From Lama guanicoe (lineage: Eukaryota): a stretch of DNA of 64,000 bases. A model generated the notes under the pieces. The model was not told the DNA's origin and did not search any database. It saw only the letters and a list, made by a program, of their open reading frames with translations. The stretch lies in the NCBI GenBank assembly GCA_013239625.1, contig MU053884.1, forward strand, positions 124,001 through 188,000, given 5' to 3'. Position 1 is the stretch's first letter, and each line of letters begins with the position of its first letter. Positions 63,401-64,000 of this stretch are shown one piece after another. Made by a program: the position numbers and the translations under genes.

Positions 63401-64000
63401 TGCCTTGTGGTTTGGAGATGGGATTCTCACTTCTGTAAATACCCAAGGATTGTGTCATTGCACCCTGCTGATTTGAATCTATTCTTTTGAAAGTACATAT
63501 TGTAGATATATTTTTCAAGCATGCATGCATCTTTTTACTTTATTATTGATACTTGTACACTCTCATGTCTTGGTGTGACTTTTCATGGAATCCAGGAAAC
63601 AGTCCTAAGCTACCTGCCTCTTCACACTTCTCCGTGGTGGTTTTCTTCGCTGACTAGAAGAGGGTTTTGCATAGAAAATTTTCTTTGTTCCCCTTTTTTG
63701 GAGTCTCCCTGTCTGTCTGCCCATCTCTTACCTGTCCATCTGTCCATTTATCTACCCACTCATTCTTCTGACTTGTTCTATGAAGCATTTCAGGCAGCTT
63801 TCAGAAGAACAGATACCAAATAAACAGGTGATTAAATGGAGCCAAGTTTAGACAGTGAGGCTAGGAGGCAAGCCTGTGTGAGGGTTGCAGGCGTGAGACA
63901 CACGTGTCTGCCCTGTGACTTATAAATTCGACAGCAAGTGTATGCTTGAGGTTCCTAGCAGACACAGGGAAACAGGATTTGTGGGAGATGCTCACTGACT
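57426..64000 (+). repeat. Segmental duplication, copy B (direct repeat of 1-6593; runs off the window)
   Basis: Colinear with 1-6593, offset 57425 at the start and 57407 at the end. Confidence 0.97.

Noticed and set aside
57426..64000. End-to-end repeat as an uncollapsed haplotype artefact
   Set aside because: About 10% divergence with many indels is far above allelic variation.

Overview
Mammalian genomic DNA, probably camelid (inferred from four tRNA-derived Vic-1-type SINEs). No intact protein-coding gene is visible; nearly all ORF-track entries are repeat-derived or chance. The window covers about one period of an old tandem segmental duplication: 1-6593 recurs at 57426-64000 (period ~57.4 kb, roughly 85-92% identity by eye). 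The unit carries an unprocessed, truncated and disabled copy of the 5' part of TRAPPC9 (NIBP). Four exons are recognisable: the first coding exon (39716-40285), the 27-nt microexon (56621-56647) and the next two exons (7294-7422, 14400-14523, from the preceding unit). A CpG-rich promoter-like island lies at ~34.9-35.5 kb. Two TRAPPC9 exons expected between 40.3 and 56.6 kb were not found; unidentified exon-like segments occur there instead. A young, internally deleted gamma-like provirus lies on the minus strand (20598-26255). It has a tRNA-Thr PBS, 514-bp LTRs with 6 differences, an in-frame MA-to-RT-thumb deletion junction, apparent APOBEC3-type G-to-A hypermutation and no target-site duplication. 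A related solo LTR, other ERV1/MER41-like LTRs, L1, L2 and DNA transposon relics, and two N gaps complete the window. All family assignments are from memory, not database searches.
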